Positions 17,396 through 27,547 are shown, numbered from the stretch's first letter. The stretch: DNA of 32,000 bases from Saccharolobus solfataricus (GCF_900079115.1 NZ_LT549890.1:3000001-3032000); one strand, 5' to 3'. Program-made: numbers and translations. Notes: generated from the letters alone by a model not told the origin.

Positions 17396-17794
17396 TTAGC
17401 CTTCTAAAATATCATCTATTGCCCGTGCAATATCTCTTATAGATATTATTCCCCTTAAGTTTCCATCATAATCAATAACTGGTAAATGTCTAATGTTATA
17501 TGTTCTCATAAGGCTTAATGCTCCAGTTATTGGTGAATCTTCCTTGATAGTTATAAGGGAAGCAGTCATTATTTCTTCTGCTATGGTATCTAGACTTTTA
17601 CCTTTTCCAATAGCCCTAACTACATCACGTTCCGTTATTATGCCAATAGGTTTCCCATTATCCACTACAATTACTGAACCTACGTTATTATCTGTCATAA
17701 TTCTAGTTACTTCTTTAAGCATAGTATTTCTACCTACTGTTATTACACGGGTTTTCATATATTCTTTTACAAATTCTTCTTTCATATTTATCAT
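17396..17794 (-). CDS. CBS-domain pair protein
   Basis: It has two CBS repeats (VITVGRNTMLKEVTRIMTDNNVGSVIVVD... and LITIKEDSPITGALSLMRTYNIRHLPVID...). The ORF track starts at 17866, but that extension covers the tttatatta box. ATG at 17794 or 17785 is the likely start. Confidence 0.8.
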   Translation of the reverse strand: MINMKEEFVKEYMKTRVITVGRNTMLKEVTRIMTDNNVGSVIVVDNGKPIGIITERDVVRAIGKGKSLDTIAEEIMTASLITIKEDSPITGALSLMRTYNIRHLPVIDYDGNLRGIISIRDIARAIDDILEG

Positions 17795-17810
17795 TGTATA
17801 GGAAAAAAGA

Positions 17811-17820
17811 TAATATAAAT
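17811..17820 (-). promoter_or_regulatory. TATA-like box for the CBS gene
   Basis: On the minus strand this reads tttatatta, about 20-25 nt upstream of the ATG at 17794. Confidence 0.35.
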
Positions 17821-18036
17821 TTAAGCTATATATGCTCTTACCGATAATATGATAAAGAAAAGACAAGCTTCATCCTTTTAGGTAGTTACAAAATCGTTTT
17901 CATAAGATTTCTATAAGAGATCGTAGTGACCAACCTTAATTACATGCATTGTTATTTGTAATTAAAATAATCTTGTATAAACAATTTTGGAAGTATTATT
18001 TAGGACAGGAGAGAAGTCGGATGTAATGTGATTAGT

Positions 18037-18159
18037 CGACTTGTTGAATATTTTTACACTAAACTGCTATTAACTTCCTTTCAATTAATGATAGCGTGTT
18101 CAATTTATATTTGTGATGCACCTTAACCCTTTATGCGAATTCAACAAATCCACGAAGCA
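18037..18159. mobile_element. Degenerate second copy of the ISC1058-type MITE
   Basis: It aligns along its whole length with 7483-7616. Shared blocks include ..cttgttga.., ctatt..ttcct(t)tcaattaat, gtgt(a/t)caatt, and caaca..tccac(a/g)aag. The reverse complement of its right end, tgcttcgtggatttgttgaattcg, closely matches the IS left IR. Its left end is eroded. Confidence 0.45.
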
Positions 18160-18168
18160 GATGTGATG

Positions 18169-18182
18169 AAAAATAATATAAA
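18169..18182 (+). promoter_or_regulatory. TATA-like box for htpX
   Basis: The sequence aaaaataatataaa is centred about 28 nt upstream of the ATG at 18204 and 10 nt downstream of the MITE end. Confidence 0.35.
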
Positions 18183-18203
18183 CTCCCTGCACGAGATTAG
18201 CAT

Positions 18204-19181
18204 ATGAATTGGGAAGTAGTAAAATTAAGATTAAATATGGCGTTAGCAACTCTAGGAATTACCTTACTAGGATTTGCATTGGCGTTAGCAGTTGCGGATT
18301 ATGCGTTCGGGGCGCAATTTGGAGTAGGATTAATATTATCTATCTTAATATTTATATTCTTCCTTAACATTATTCAATGGTTGTTCGGACCATATATGAT
18401 AAACTGGGCATATAGGACAGTAGAAGTAACTCCTACTGATCCAGTTTATGGATGGTTATACAGTACTGTAGCCGAAGTTGCAAAATATAATGGATTTAGA
18501 GAAGTACCAAAAGTTTACATTGCTGATGTGCCATTCCCTAATGCTTTTGCATATGGAAGTCCGATAGCTGGTAAAAGAATAGCCTTTACATTACCAATAT
18601 TAAAATTACTAAATAGGGATGAAATAATGGCAGTAGCGGGACATGAGCTAGGACATCTAAAGCATAGAGATGTAGAATTGCTAATGGCTGTAGGTCTGAT
18701 TCCAGCTTTAATTTATTACTTAGGTTGGTGGTTATTCTGGGGAGGATTGTTTAGTGGAGGAGGAAATGGTAGAGGGAATAATGGAGGATTAGTTTTCCTT
18801 TTAGGAATTATAATGATGGCAGTAAGTTTTGTTTTTCAACTACTAGTACTATCCTTAAATAGAATGAGAGAAGCCTACGCAGATGTTAACTCGGCCTTAA
18901 CAGTACCTGGTGGAAAAGAAAACTTGCAACTAGCCTTAGCTAAATTAACACTATCAATGGATCCAGAAGCATTAGAAAGATTTAAGAAAAAGAGTACTAC
19001 AAACCAAATGGCAAGTATGTTATTCTTTACCAACGCCATTGAAGAAGTTCCAACATGGAATGCCAAAGAGTTAGTGGAAATTTGGAAAACTACAAAGGTT
19101 CCATGGTATGCTGATATATTTATGGATCATCCACATCCTGCCAAAAGGATACAGTTACTAGATAAAGTTTCAAAATATTAA
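18204..19181 (+). CDS. htpX: HtpX-like M48 zinc metalloprotease (membrane)
   Basis: The 325-aa ORF has N-terminal TM helices, the zinc motif HELGHLKHRD, and a downstream REAYAD segment holding the third zinc-ligand Glu. It also has a Gly/Asn-rich insert, GGLFSGGGNGRGNNGG. Confidence 0.85.
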   Translation: MNWEVVKLRLNMALATLGITLLGFALALAVADYAFGAQFGVGLILSILIFIFFLNIIQWLFGPYMINWAYRTVEVTPTDPVYGWLYSTVAEVAKYNGFREVPKVYIADVPFPNAFAYGSPIAGKRIAFTLPILKLLNRDEIMAVAGHELGHLKHRDVELLMAVGLIPALIYYLGWWLFWGGLFSGGGNGRGNNGGLVFLLGIIMMAVSFVFQLLVLSLNRMREAYADVNSALTVPGGKENLQLALAKLTLSMDPEALERFKKKSTTNQMASMLFFTNAIEEVPTWNAKELVEIWKTTKVPWYADIFMDHPHPAKRIQLLDKVSKY

Positions 19182-20285
19182 TTATTCGAACTCTATAGTT
19201 GCAGGTGGTTTAGAAGTAACATCATAAAGTACTTCTTTAACATTAGGTATTTTTTGTAATATTTCAGAACTAATTTTACTTAAAATTTCTTTAGGTATTC
19301 TAACATAATCAGCTGTCATGAAATCCTCAGTAGTGACTGCCCTTATTGCGACACTGTATTTTCCGCTATTCCTTTCGTCCAAGGTACATAATACATGAGT
19401 AATGTCATATTTAACTAAAGTATCTATAATGTTTTTCACATTATTAATATTACTGCACTCAATCTTTGCTATATTCCCATAAGCCCTAACGTCACCCTTA
19501 ACTCCAGTAGCCCTAGCTTTGTATAGAAAAGCATCAATACCGTCTAAATTTACAAGATTACCATAGGATTCAAAGGATACTGCAAAATATTGCGAGTAGT
19601 TAAAAGGATCTAAATACTTTTCAACTATATCATTAGCTTCTCTCACTACTTCCAACTTTTCCCTAGTCAGTTTCCCCACCGCCCTAACTAGGAGACCAGG
19701 GCCAGGAAATGGCTGCCTTTCAGAAATTTCCTTAGGTAGTTTAAGATATCTAGCTAGTTCCCTGACCTCATTCTTATAAAGGTCTGCCAATGGTTCGATT
19801 AATGTAAATCCCCATTCTTTCTCAGTGTCTATACCTATTTGAACTAAGACATTATGTTGTGTCTTTATTCCACCTTGAGTCTCTACCCAGTCAGCGGCTA
19901 TGGTACCTTGCATTAAATATCTTGCGTTGAACTTTTTCATTAATGATGAAATAGTAGAGTAAAAAAGTTCTCTGAATCTCTTCCTTTTCATTTCGGCATC
20001 GTCAATTCCCTCAATTTCAGAGATAAATGTCTCCTTCTTGTCTACTATAATAAGGTTAGGTAAAATATTACTTAAATAATCTTTAATTTTCTCAGCTTCG
20101 TTTTTCCTTAAAAAGCCGGTATCTACTAAAACGGGAATTACTTTATCGCCTAACAAATTATAAGCGAGAACTGCAGCTGTAGTACTATCAACACCACCAC
20201 TTACCGCAGCTAAAACTTTCTCATTGCCAAGCTTCTGTCTCAACTGCGGCCCTATTTCCTCGACAAATGAAGCAGGATCAAACAT
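19182..20285 (-). CDS. guaA: GMP synthase (glutamine-hydrolysing) subunit B, ATP-pyrophosphatase subunit
   Basis: The 367-aa ORF has the PP-loop [12 protein letters not shown], a dimerisation domain, and the canonical C-terminus KPPATIEFE. No GATase domain is fused, which is the split archaeal arrangement. Confidence 0.9.
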   Translation of the reverse strand: MFDPASFVEEIGPQLRQKLGNEKVLAAVSGGVDSTTAAVLAYNLLGDKVIPVLVDTGFLRKNEAEKIKDYLSNILPNLIIVDKKETFISEIEGIDDAEMKRKRFRELFYSTISSLMKKFNARYLMQGTIAADWVETQGGIKTQHNVLVQIGIDTEKEWGFTLIEPLADLYKNEVRELARYLKLPKEISERQPFPGPGLLVRAVGKLTREKLEVVREANDIVEKYLDPFNYSQYFAVSFESYGNLVNLDGIDAFLYKARATGVKGDVRAYGNIAKIECSNINNVKNIIDTLVKYDITHVLCTLDERNSGKYSVAIRAVTTEDFMTADYVRIPKEILSKISSEILQKIPNVKEVLYDVTSKPPATIEFE

Positions 20286-20303
20286 TTAGTTAAGACTAAA
20301 AAT

Positions 20304-21701
20304 TCATTGCTTATAAATTTCGACTATTTCGTCAATATGTAAATATTTCCTTAAAAATTGCTCTACACGAATTGCTTGCTGTTTGATTTCTTCTTCCATC
20401 GATTGGGAGTGAATATTAATATTGAACTCCTTCAGTAATTTTTTCATTCCATCAGAAAATAAGGTTCCATGTACACTTATACCAATGATATTATCCTTTT
20501 TTGCCCCATCCTCAACGCTTACTTTTTCACCATTCCTTAATGTTATCTTAAGCAAAGGCTTTTCACCCATGTATTTTATTACTCCTCTTCTAATTTCATA
20601 ACCATTCATTTCTCCATATTCAGAAATGCCAGTTGTCATTGAAACAACCTTATCCTTGCTATAATGTACATTAATATCAAATATTCCTAACCCTTCATAT
20701 TCTGTAGGATATCCCGCCTCAATCCCGTAAGGATCCACAATCTTTTTACCTAAAATTTGGAAACCACCGCAAATACCTAAAATGTTCATAGATCTTTGCC
20801 TTAGCTGTTCTACAAATCCGTTTTCCACCAACCACTTCAGCGATTCTAAAGTATTTCTACTACCCGGTAAAATTACAAGATCTGCCTTTGCAGTTTCTTT
20901 GGGCTTTCTTACGAAGGATACACGTGCATTAGACTTGACTAAGGCGTAAAACTCATTGAAATTACTCATGTAAGGATAGGCAATTATGGCTACTTCAACA
21001 TTGCCATCGCCAAAATTGTAAACATTCATAGAATCTTCCGGCATTATGGGAGGCTCACTAAAAAAGGGCAGATAACCTAAATATCTCATTCCAGTTTTCT
21101 CTTCAAGCCATTTTATGGCGTCATTCAGAAACTTTTCATCTCCTCTAAATTTATTAATAATGAACCCTTTCAGGTTCTCTCTAACGGATTGAGGAAGCAT
21201 CATATAAGTACCATAGGCGGATGCAAATGCGCCTCCCCTATCTATATCTAATACTAAAATAGCCGGAATTCTCTTTTCCTTCATTACTTTTATTGCTGTA
21301 ATATCCTTGTCGATAAAATTCGGTTCTCCTATACCCCCTGCCGCCTCTATCACAACATCGTTTGATAAGAATTGTGAGACCTTTTTCCATAACTTCTCAG
21401 TTGCCAAATTGTAATACTCATTGCCACTCATGATACCAAGCGAACTCCCCATAAAGATTACTTCAAGACCCTTTCCCATTATCTTAAGCAAGATTGGGTT
21501 CATATACCTCTCTGGTCTTAATCCAGCTCCCCAAGCCTGGTATGCTTGTATAAAAGCTATTTCTCCTCCATCCCAAGTCGAAATACTATTCAAAGACATG
21601 TTCTGAATTTTAAGTGGTTTTGCGTTTAGAATCCTCACTAAGCCAGTGGTTATAAATGATTTACCAGAATCGCTCATTGTCGAAGCTACTATTATTGACA
21701 C
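20304..21701 (-). CDS. cobQ: Cobyric acid synthase
   Basis: The 465-aa ORF has an N-terminal dethiobiotin-synthetase-like P-loop (TMSDSGKSFITTGL). The C-terminal GATase-1-like domain contains ICGGFQILG and SVHGTLF. Confidence 0.9.
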   Translation of the reverse strand: MSIIVASTMSDSGKSFITTGLVRILNAKPLKIQNMSLNSISTWDGGEIAFIQAYQAWGAGLRPERYMNPILLKIMGKGLEVIFMGSSLGIMSGNEYYNLATEKLWKKVSQFLSNDVVIEAAGGIGEPNFIDKDITAIKVMKEKRIPAILVLDIDRGGAFASAYGTYMMLPQSVRENLKGFIINKFRGDEKFLNDAIKWLEEKTGMRYLGYLPFFSEPPIMPEDSMNVYNFGDGNVEVAIIAYPYMSNFNEFYALVKSNARVSFVRKPKETAKADLVILPGSRNTLESLKWLVENGFVEQLRQRSMNILGICGGFQILGKKIVDPYGIEAGYPTEYEGLGIFDINVHYSKDKVVSMTTGISEYGEMNGYEIRRGVIKYMGEKPLLKITLRNGEKVSVEDGAKKDNIIGISVHGTLFSDGMKKLLKEFNINIHSQSMEEEIKQQAIRVEQFLRKYLHIDEIVEIYKQ

Positions 21702-21736
21702 TTAATCATATCAACTCGGCTACTAAATAAATTCAC

Positions 21737-22498
21737 ATGCACCTAAAAGAGATACTTGCGCAGTTTTCGTTTTTCACAGCAATACCAGTTAAGAGTAGTG
21801 CTTCCTTAGAGGAAATTGCGGAATCCTCTTACATATCGCCAATAATTGTGGGTATATCGTTGGGGTTAATTGAGAGTGTTGCGTACTTAATTCTATATAG
21901 AATTCTTGGAGAACTTACTGGAATAGTATTGTTAGGTATAATAGAACTGCTTAGGGGATTTAACCATCTAGATGGCTTACTGGACTTGGGGGATGCATTA
22001 ATGATAAGGGGAAATAGAGAGAAAAAAATAAAAGCGTTGAAGGATGTTGAAGTTGGCTCAGGAGGTATAGGTTTACTTTTAGTTTACTTATCAATACAAA
22101 TAGTAGCTTTATTAAAATTAGATTTCTCGCTATACACCATATTCTATTTAATCTCATCTAATGTACTTTCCATGTCGTTAAGTCTTTATATACTTTCAAC
22201 CATAAGTCCAATTCCAGAAAGCAATTTAGGAAGAATCTTTCACGATAAATTGAAAGGAAAATCAACTATATTACTTCTAGAATTAATTCCTTTTATCTCA
22301 TTATACAATGTGATAGTCTTTATAATATTTTACATGATAATGTATAAAATCTGTGGATCACTTGGAGGCTCCTCAGGTGATATAGCTGGTGCGTCAATAA
22401 CTCTTTCCTTTCCACTCTTCCTTATCACCGACGAGATAACCAATTTAAATTACTCACTACTATCTATCTTGTGTTATTTATTCTCGCACTTGCACTGA
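21737..22498 (+). CDS. cobS: Adenosylcobinamide-GDP ribazoletransferase (cobalamin synthase)
   Basis: The 253-aa membrane protein has FSFFTAIPV near the N-terminus and the CobS motif [13 protein letters not shown]. Confidence 0.85.
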   Translation: MHLKEILAQFSFFTAIPVKSSASLEEIAESSYISPIIVGISLGLIESVAYLILYRILGELTGIVLLGIIELLRGFNHLDGLLDLGDALMIRGNREKKIKALKDVEVGSGGIGLLLVYLSIQIVALLKLDFSLYTIFYLISSNVLSMSLSLYILSTISPIPESNLGRIFHDKLKGKSTILLLELIPFISLYNVIVFIIFYMIMYKICGSLGGSSGDIAGASITLSFPLFLITDEITNLNYSLLSILCYLFSHLH

Positions 22499-23388
22499 TA
22501 TGGGATTTAACGATTTCAGAACCGCCTATTTACATACACCCTGTAGTTTGGACTGGGAAAATATCGGAAATATTAATTAAACCATATAAGGGCTATTTCT
22601 ACGGAGTCATCTTATGGATCTTATCGGTCTTACCTCCATTACTTATTTTCGTGTATTTACCAATAGTAGCAGAAATTCCAATTTATCTTAAAATAATAAT
22701 CTTAACATTTTCCTTGAAAACGACATTTTCAATTAAAATGCTGTATGATATTGTAACAAAAGGATCAAGACTAGATGACCAGGCTAGGTATTATGCACAA
22801 CAGATTGTCAGAAGAGACTTAAGTAAGAGCGAGAAAGGTCATATAGCTTCCGCCTTAATTGAATCATTATTTGAGAGTACCGTTGATGGAATAACCTCCC
22901 CAATCTTCTGGTTTCTTATTTTTGGACTAATTGGAGCAATGCTACAAAGACTTGCAAATACAATGGATAGTATGGTAGGATATAAGACCCCAGAACTTAG
23001 AAAAGAGGGTTGGTTCTCAGCTAAAATTGATACTATACTTAATTATATCCCAGCTAGACTAACCGGAATGATAATGCTAATAGCTGGTTTAATCTTAGGA
23101 CTTGACGTAAAACAAGGATGGAAAGCACTTAGAGAGGCAAAAATGGAAAGTGTAAATGCCAAGTATCCAATAGCTATTGCTGCAGGTTTACTAAATGTAA
23201 GTTTAGAAAAGGTCGGCCATTATAAAGTGGGCTTTGGAAATTTACCATGTGAGGATGATATTGAAAAAGCACTTAAGTTATTTAAATTAAGTCTAATCTT
23301 GTACTTTCTAGTTATTTCAACTATATATTATTACCTTTATGGCATTTCCCTCCTTACCTATCCTTACGGCCTCATTGAACTCATCTAA
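22471..23388 (+). CDS. cbiB: Adenosylcobinamide-phosphate synthase CbiB/CobD
   Basis: The 305-aa membrane protein has [10 protein letters not shown] near the N-terminus and MDSMVGYK in the core. It uses a GTG start that overlaps the cobS end by 28 nt. Confidence 0.85.
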   Translation: MLFILALALIWDLTISEPPIYIHPVVWTGKISEILIKPYKGYFYGVILWILSVLPPLLIFVYLPIVAEIPIYLKIIILTFSLKTTFSIKMLYDIVTKGSRLDDQARYYAQQIVRRDLSKSEKGHIASALIESLFESTVDGITSPIFWFLIFGLIGAMLQRLANTMDSMVGYKTPELRKEGWFSAKIDTILNYIPARLTGMIMLIAGLILGLDVKQGWKALREAKMESVNAKYPIAIAAGLLNVSLEKVGHYKVGFGNLPCEDDIEKALKLFKLSLILYFLVISTIYYYLYGISLLTYPYGLIELI

Positions 23389-24354
23389 TGAGAATCTATG
23401 AGTTATCAGTTTAGTTACATCAATCTTCTTATTAGCTATTATAGCTAAAGCTTCCTTTGTATCCTCTTCCACAGCAGCATTACTAGGAATTATTGAGATC
23501 TCATTATTTAAGAGGTCACTAATATCGTAATTAAGTATCGTCCCCTTATATGGCACACCAAATAGTAAAACTCTACCACCCTTTCTAGTAGCATTAAGAC
23601 CAGAGACTATTGCAGAAGGAGATCCAGAGGCTATTATAGTAACATCAGCGCCTCTACCATCGGTTAATCTCTTAACTTCATCAACTACATTAACTTTCTT
23701 CGCATTAAGGGAATAGTTAATACCTACTTTGTATCCAAATTCGGTTCTAAAATCACTTACGTCTGATGCTATGATAACTCCTGCCTTATTTACCTTAGCC
23801 ATCATTGCGTGTAATAGTCCCATGGGACCAATTCCAACAATAAAGACCGTATCGCCATTATCGATAGCTACTCTCTTTTGCGCCCTAATAACGGTAGCTA
23901 ATGGTTCTATGAATGCCCCTTCTTCGAAACTTACATTATCTGGCAACTTTAATACTCCCCCTCTTGCAACATTCCAAGCTGGGACTCTGAAGTACTCCGA
24001 AAATCCACCGGGATCTAAGTTAGTTTTTCTATAATAAGGACACATGGTCGGGCTTCCCTTTTTACAATAATAACACTCATAGCATGGGACATGGTGATGA
24101 GCAAAGACCCTATCCCCAGGCTTTAGCCAATCCACTGTAGATTCTTGGATTATTCCAGTCGGTTCATGACCCAATATTGGTTGTGATGCGGTGTATTGCC
24201 CACAAATCTTCTCGATGTCAGTACCGCACAATCCACAAGCCTTCATTTTAACTAATACATCACCTTGCTGTAATTTAGGTAATGGTAGCTCCTTTATTAC
24301 AGCCTTTCCGTTCTCCATAATTACGCTTTTCATAGGTGAGAATCCCTCCACCAT
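23317..24354 (-). CDS. Zinc-dependent medium-chain dehydrogenase (threonine/sorbitol dehydrogenase-like)
   Basis: The 345-aa ORF has a catalytic-zinc region CGLCGTD...GHEPTG and a structural-zinc cluster CYECYYCKKGSPTMC. The Rossmann motif is VGIGPMGL. Confidence 0.8.
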   Translation of the reverse strand: MVEGFSPMKSVIMENGKAVIKELPLPKLQQGDVLVKMKACGLCGTDIEKICGQYTASQPILGHEPTGIIQESTVDWLKPGDRVFAHHHVPCYECYYCKKGSPTMCPYYRKTNLDPGGFSEYFRVPAWNVARGGVLKLPDNVSFEEGAFIEPLATVIRAQKRVAIDNGDTVFIVGIGPMGLLHAMMAKVNKAGVIIASDVSDFRTEFGYKVGINYSLNAKKVNVVDEVKRLTDGRGADVTIIASGSPSAIVSGLNATRKGGRVLLFGVPYKGTILNYDISDLLNNEISIIPSNAAVEEDTKEALAIIANKKIDVTKLITHRFSLDEFNEAVRIGKEGNAIKVIIYS

Positions 24355-24395
24355 CTTAAAAAGGAATATATGGTAATACTTGCGTTATATTAATA

Positions 24396-24944
24396 GTGGA
24401 TTTAATTATTACTTTCGGTTTACTCACACTGGTTGTTTTACTTGAATTCATAGTAGTACCCGCAATAATCCTTAAAAGGGGGACAAAATTTTCAACGATT
24501 TATAATTATCCTATATATATTATAAATTCTACTGAAATAAATGCATACTCTTTAACATCTGTTTGGGGAAAGTTCATAGTTTTAACTAGGGGATTGGTAA
24601 ATGGGGAAGATGAGGAGCACATAAAAGCAGCTATTATGCATGAAGTTGGACACCTAAAGTTAAATCATCATGTGAAAATGAGCCTCTACATTATTTCCGT
24701 AATCATGGTCTTTACCTATCTCCTTGGAGTAAATATGCTAACATTAATTCCTTTTGCCCTTGTAGCCTTGCTGGTTCAAAGATATTTACAGAGAAGGCTG
24801 GAATTGGGTGCAGATAGATTTGCGTTAAGATTCATTAACAAGAAAATGCTGGAAGATTTAATAACGAAATATGATATGAAAGAAACGACATTTTTATCTA
24901 CACATCCAAATATTCACGTAAGACTTAAAAACATCAACGAGTAG
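24396..24944 (+). CDS. Minimal M48-like membrane zinc metalloprotease
   Basis: The 182-aa ORF starts at GTG. It has HEVGHLKLNHH (HExxH) followed by TM helices and LELGADRFA (E..AD, as in HtpX). Confidence 0.6.
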   Translation: MDLIITFGLLTLVVLLEFIVVPAIILKRGTKFSTIYNYPIYIINSTEINAYSLTSVWGKFIVLTRGLVNGEDEEHIKAAIMHEVGHLKLNHHVKMSLYIISVIMVFTYLLGVNMLTLIPFALVALLVQRYLQRRLELGADRFALRFINKKMLEDLITKYDMKETTFLSTHPNIHVRLKNINE

Positions 24945-24952
24945 ATTAGATT

Positions 24953-27085
24953 GTGTACGTTGGCAAACCTATTAAGCGAATCGAAGATCCTAAATTCTTA
25001 ACTGGAGGCTCAACATACGTTGATGATATAGAACTTCCAGGTACATTATTTGTGGCATTTCTCAGATCGGTTAAACCACACGCTAAAATAAAGATAAAGA
25101 AGAATGGTAATAACGTATTTACTGGTTATGACATCAATCCAGGTAAGGATTTTCCAATACCCATAGAGGAGACAACTTACGTTGGTCAACCATTAGCTAT
25201 TGTAGTAGGAAGGGATAGATATGAAGCTTATGACTTGTTAGAAAGTATTGAAGTAGAATATGAGGAGTTACCTTACGTTATTGATCCTCAAGATGCTTTA
25301 AAAAACGATGTAAAAGTTTACAGTAAGAAGGAGTCTAATATTTACGAATATAAGAAATGGGAAGGAGGAAATATTGAACAGAGTCTTAAAGAGGCTGATG
25401 TGGTAATTAACGGAGAGTTATATAATCAAAGAGTAATAGCAAACCCCTTAGAAACTAGGGGAATATTAGCTTACTTCGATGGTAATAGGTTAAATGTATG
25501 GTCATCTACTCAATCAGCTCATTATCTTAGAAGAAATCTCATGAACTTTCTTGGAATTGATAACATAAGGGTAATTCAGCCAGATGTAGGAGGAGCGTTT
25601 GGGAGTAAAATTATAGCTCATCCGGAAGAATATGCTATAGCTAAGCTAGCCTTAAAAATGAAGAGACCTTTAAAGTGGATACCAACCAGGTCTGAAGAGA
25701 TGCAGAGTGCAGGTCATGGAAGAGATAAGAGATTAAAGTTTAAGGTTGCAGTAAAGAGAGATGGTACAATACTAGGTATAGATGGTACTTTAATTGCCGA
25801 TTTGGGAGCGCCTTATCCAGACGCAAACGATGATGAGATAGGCAATGTTCACAGTACAGTTAGAATGCTATTGGGACCTTATAGGATTCAAAACGTGAGA
25901 ATAGAGGAATACGCTGTAAACACCAACAAGGCACCTACTCAATCATATAGGGGAGCGGGTAGACCAGAGGCAACATATTTCATAGAGAGAATTATTAATA
26001 TAATCTCTTTGGAGCTAGGAAAGGATGAATTTGATATAAGAGAGAAGAATTTGATTAGAGAACTACCATACAAGAATGCCTTGGGTATAACCTATGATAC
26101 TGGAGATTATATTGGTCTATTAAATAAAGCAAGAGAATACTATGAGACGTTGAAAAAAGAAGCTAGCACGGATGAATGTATAGGTTCAAGTATGTACGTC
26201 GAAATAACAGCATTTGGCCCTTGGGAGACCGCAAGAGTTCTAGCTAAAAGTGACGGAAAAATCATGATAATAACTGGCAGTGGACCTCATGGGCAAGGTG
26301 ATGGTACTGCTTTTGCCCAAATAGTAGCCGATGTTCTAGAGATTCCAATAGAGAATATTGAAGTTAGATGGGGAGACACTGATATAATTTCAGATGGGAT
26401 TGGAACTTGGGGAAGTAGAACAGTAACAATTGGTGGGTCAGCGATGTATAAGGCTGCAGAAGAGTTAAGGAGAAGATTGATTGAAGTAAGTGCAAAAATG
26501 TTAAACGCTGACGTGGAAGAGGTAGAGTATAAGAATGGGATATTTTCGCATAAGAAGAGCAGTAAGAGTTTTACTATAAAGGAAGTAATACAAAACGCTT
26601 ATTCAATGGGATACTCCTTAGATGTAACCTATGTCTATAACGTAACTAAACCAGGTTACACTGTACCTTATGGAGTTCATTTAGCGTTAGTTAAGGTAGA
26701 TAAAGAGACTGGAAGTATAAGAGTGAGGAAATACATTGCCTTAGACGATGTTGGGAGAGTTATAAATCCACTACTTGCAGAAGGTCAGATAATTGGTGGG
26801 GCTTTACAAGGGATAGGACAAGCTATATATGAAGGAACAATATATAGTAAAGAGGGTTATTTGCTAAATTCAAACTTAACCGACTATGGGTTTCCTACTG
26901 CAGTGGAAGCACCAAGGATTGAGTGGCATTACATTGAAAAGGGATTATCAGGCCATCCTACTAATTCTAAAGGAATAGGCGAGGCTGGAGCTATTGCCTC
27001 AACTCCTGCTGTAGTAAATGCAGTAGAAAAGTGCATTAGGAAGAAAATAGTTAACATGCCGATAAGACCAGAAGAGGTTATTTAA
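24953..27085 (+). CDS. Molybdopterin-dependent hydroxylase large subunit (xanthine dehydrogenase / CoxL / aldehyde oxidoreductase family)
   Basis: The 710-aa ORF starts at GTG. It carries GGAFGSK, YRGAGRPEATYFIE and GIGEAGAIAS motifs. No FAD or 2Fe-2S subunit genes are adjacent. Confidence 0.85.
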   Translation: MYVGKPIKRIEDPKFLTGGSTYVDDIELPGTLFVAFLRSVKPHAKIKIKKNGNNVFTGYDINPGKDFPIPIEETTYVGQPLAIVVGRDRYEAYDLLESIEVEYEELPYVIDPQDALKNDVKVYSKKESNIYEYKKWEGGNIEQSLKEADVVINGELYNQRVIANPLETRGILAYFDGNRLNVWSSTQSAHYLRRNLMNFLGIDNIRVIQPDVGGAFGSKIIAHPEEYAIAKLALKMKRPLKWIPTRSEEMQSAGHGRDKRLKFKVAVKRDGTILGIDGTLIADLGAPYPDANDDEIGNVHSTVRMLLGPYRIQNVRIEEYAVNTNKAPTQSYRGAGRPEATYFIERIINIISLELGKDEFDIREKNLIRELPYKNALGITYDTGDYIGLLNKAREYYETLKKEASTDECIGSSMYVEITAFGPWETARVLAKSDGKIMIITGSGPHGQGDGTAFAQIVADVLEIPIENIEVRWGDTDIISDGIGTWGSRTVTIGGSAMYKAAEELRRRLIEVSAKMLNADVEEVEYKNGIFSHKKSSKSFTIKEVIQNAYSMGYSLDVTYVYNVTKPGYTVPYGVHLALVKVDKETGSIRVRKYIALDDVGRVINPLLAEGQIIGGALQGIGQAIYEGTIYSKEGYLLNSNLTDYGFPTAVEAPRIEWHYIEKGLSGHPTNSKGIGEAGAIASTPAVVNAVEKCIRKKIVNMPIRPEEVI

Positions 27086-27088
27086 CTC

Positions 27089-27547
27089 ATGCAAAGACAT
27101 GTTATGTCATCTAAAGACTCTAAGATTTTTATCAACAAGATAAAAGAGAAGTATAATGTTGATATTTCTAATGCTAAATTAGAGGTAGGTAAGGAGAAAA
27201 AGGAGATATGGTATTATGTAAACGATATTTTAGCATTTTTCGATGACCTAATTCCTACACTTTGTGCAATAATCAGGTTAAAAATCAATCTCCCTTATGT
27301 AATTATAGATGAGGGAGCTGTAAAAGCTGTGAGTAAAGGAGCTGATCTTTTCGCCCCAGGTATAGTAGAATATAACTGCGAATGTAAGGAGAATGAGATT
27401 GTTTTAGCGAAGACCAAGACAAATTTACCTGTTGCAGTATTAAGAGTTCTAATGCCAAAGGAGAAGGCTTTAGTTGAAAAGAAGGGAAAGTTCGCCCTTA
27501 ATCTCCACCATATTGGGGATAAGATATGGGAGATGTGTAATGGGTAA
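27089..27547 (+). CDS. PUA-domain RNA-binding protein (pre-PUA + PUA)
   Basis: The C-terminal half of this 152-aa ORF has the PUA pattern IDEGAVKAVSKGADLFAPGIV.... Confidence 0.7.
   Translation: MQRHVMSSKDSKIFINKIKEKYNVDISNAKLEVGKEKKEIWYYVNDILAFFDDLIPTLCAIIRLKINLPYVIIDEGAVKAVSKGADLFAPGIVEYNCECKENEIVLAKTKTNLPVAVLRVLMPKEKALVEKKGKFALNLHHIGDKIWEMCNG

Noticed and set aside
17493-17801. 102-aa ORF antisense to the CBS gene
   Set aside because: It is a shadow ORF. The CBS repeats on the minus strand are unambiguous.
17795-17866. N-terminal extensions given by the ORF track (here, and at 2149..2190 and 27474..27539)
   Set aside because: Each extension runs through a TATA-like box or the end of the preceding gene and adds non-conserved residues ahead of a well-conserved family N-terminus. 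Internal ATG starts are preferred.
18721-18800. Possible tandem repeat (ggagga/ggtaga-rich stretch)
   Set aside because: It is in frame within htpX and encodes a Gly/Asn-rich loop (GGLFSGGGNGRGNNGG). This is low-complexity coding sequence, not a repeat array or CRISPR.
23729-24034. 101-aa ORF antisense to the Zn-dehydrogenase gene (also 24191..24376)
   Set aside because: Both are shadow ORFs opposite a gene with clear zinc-binding and Rossmann motifs.
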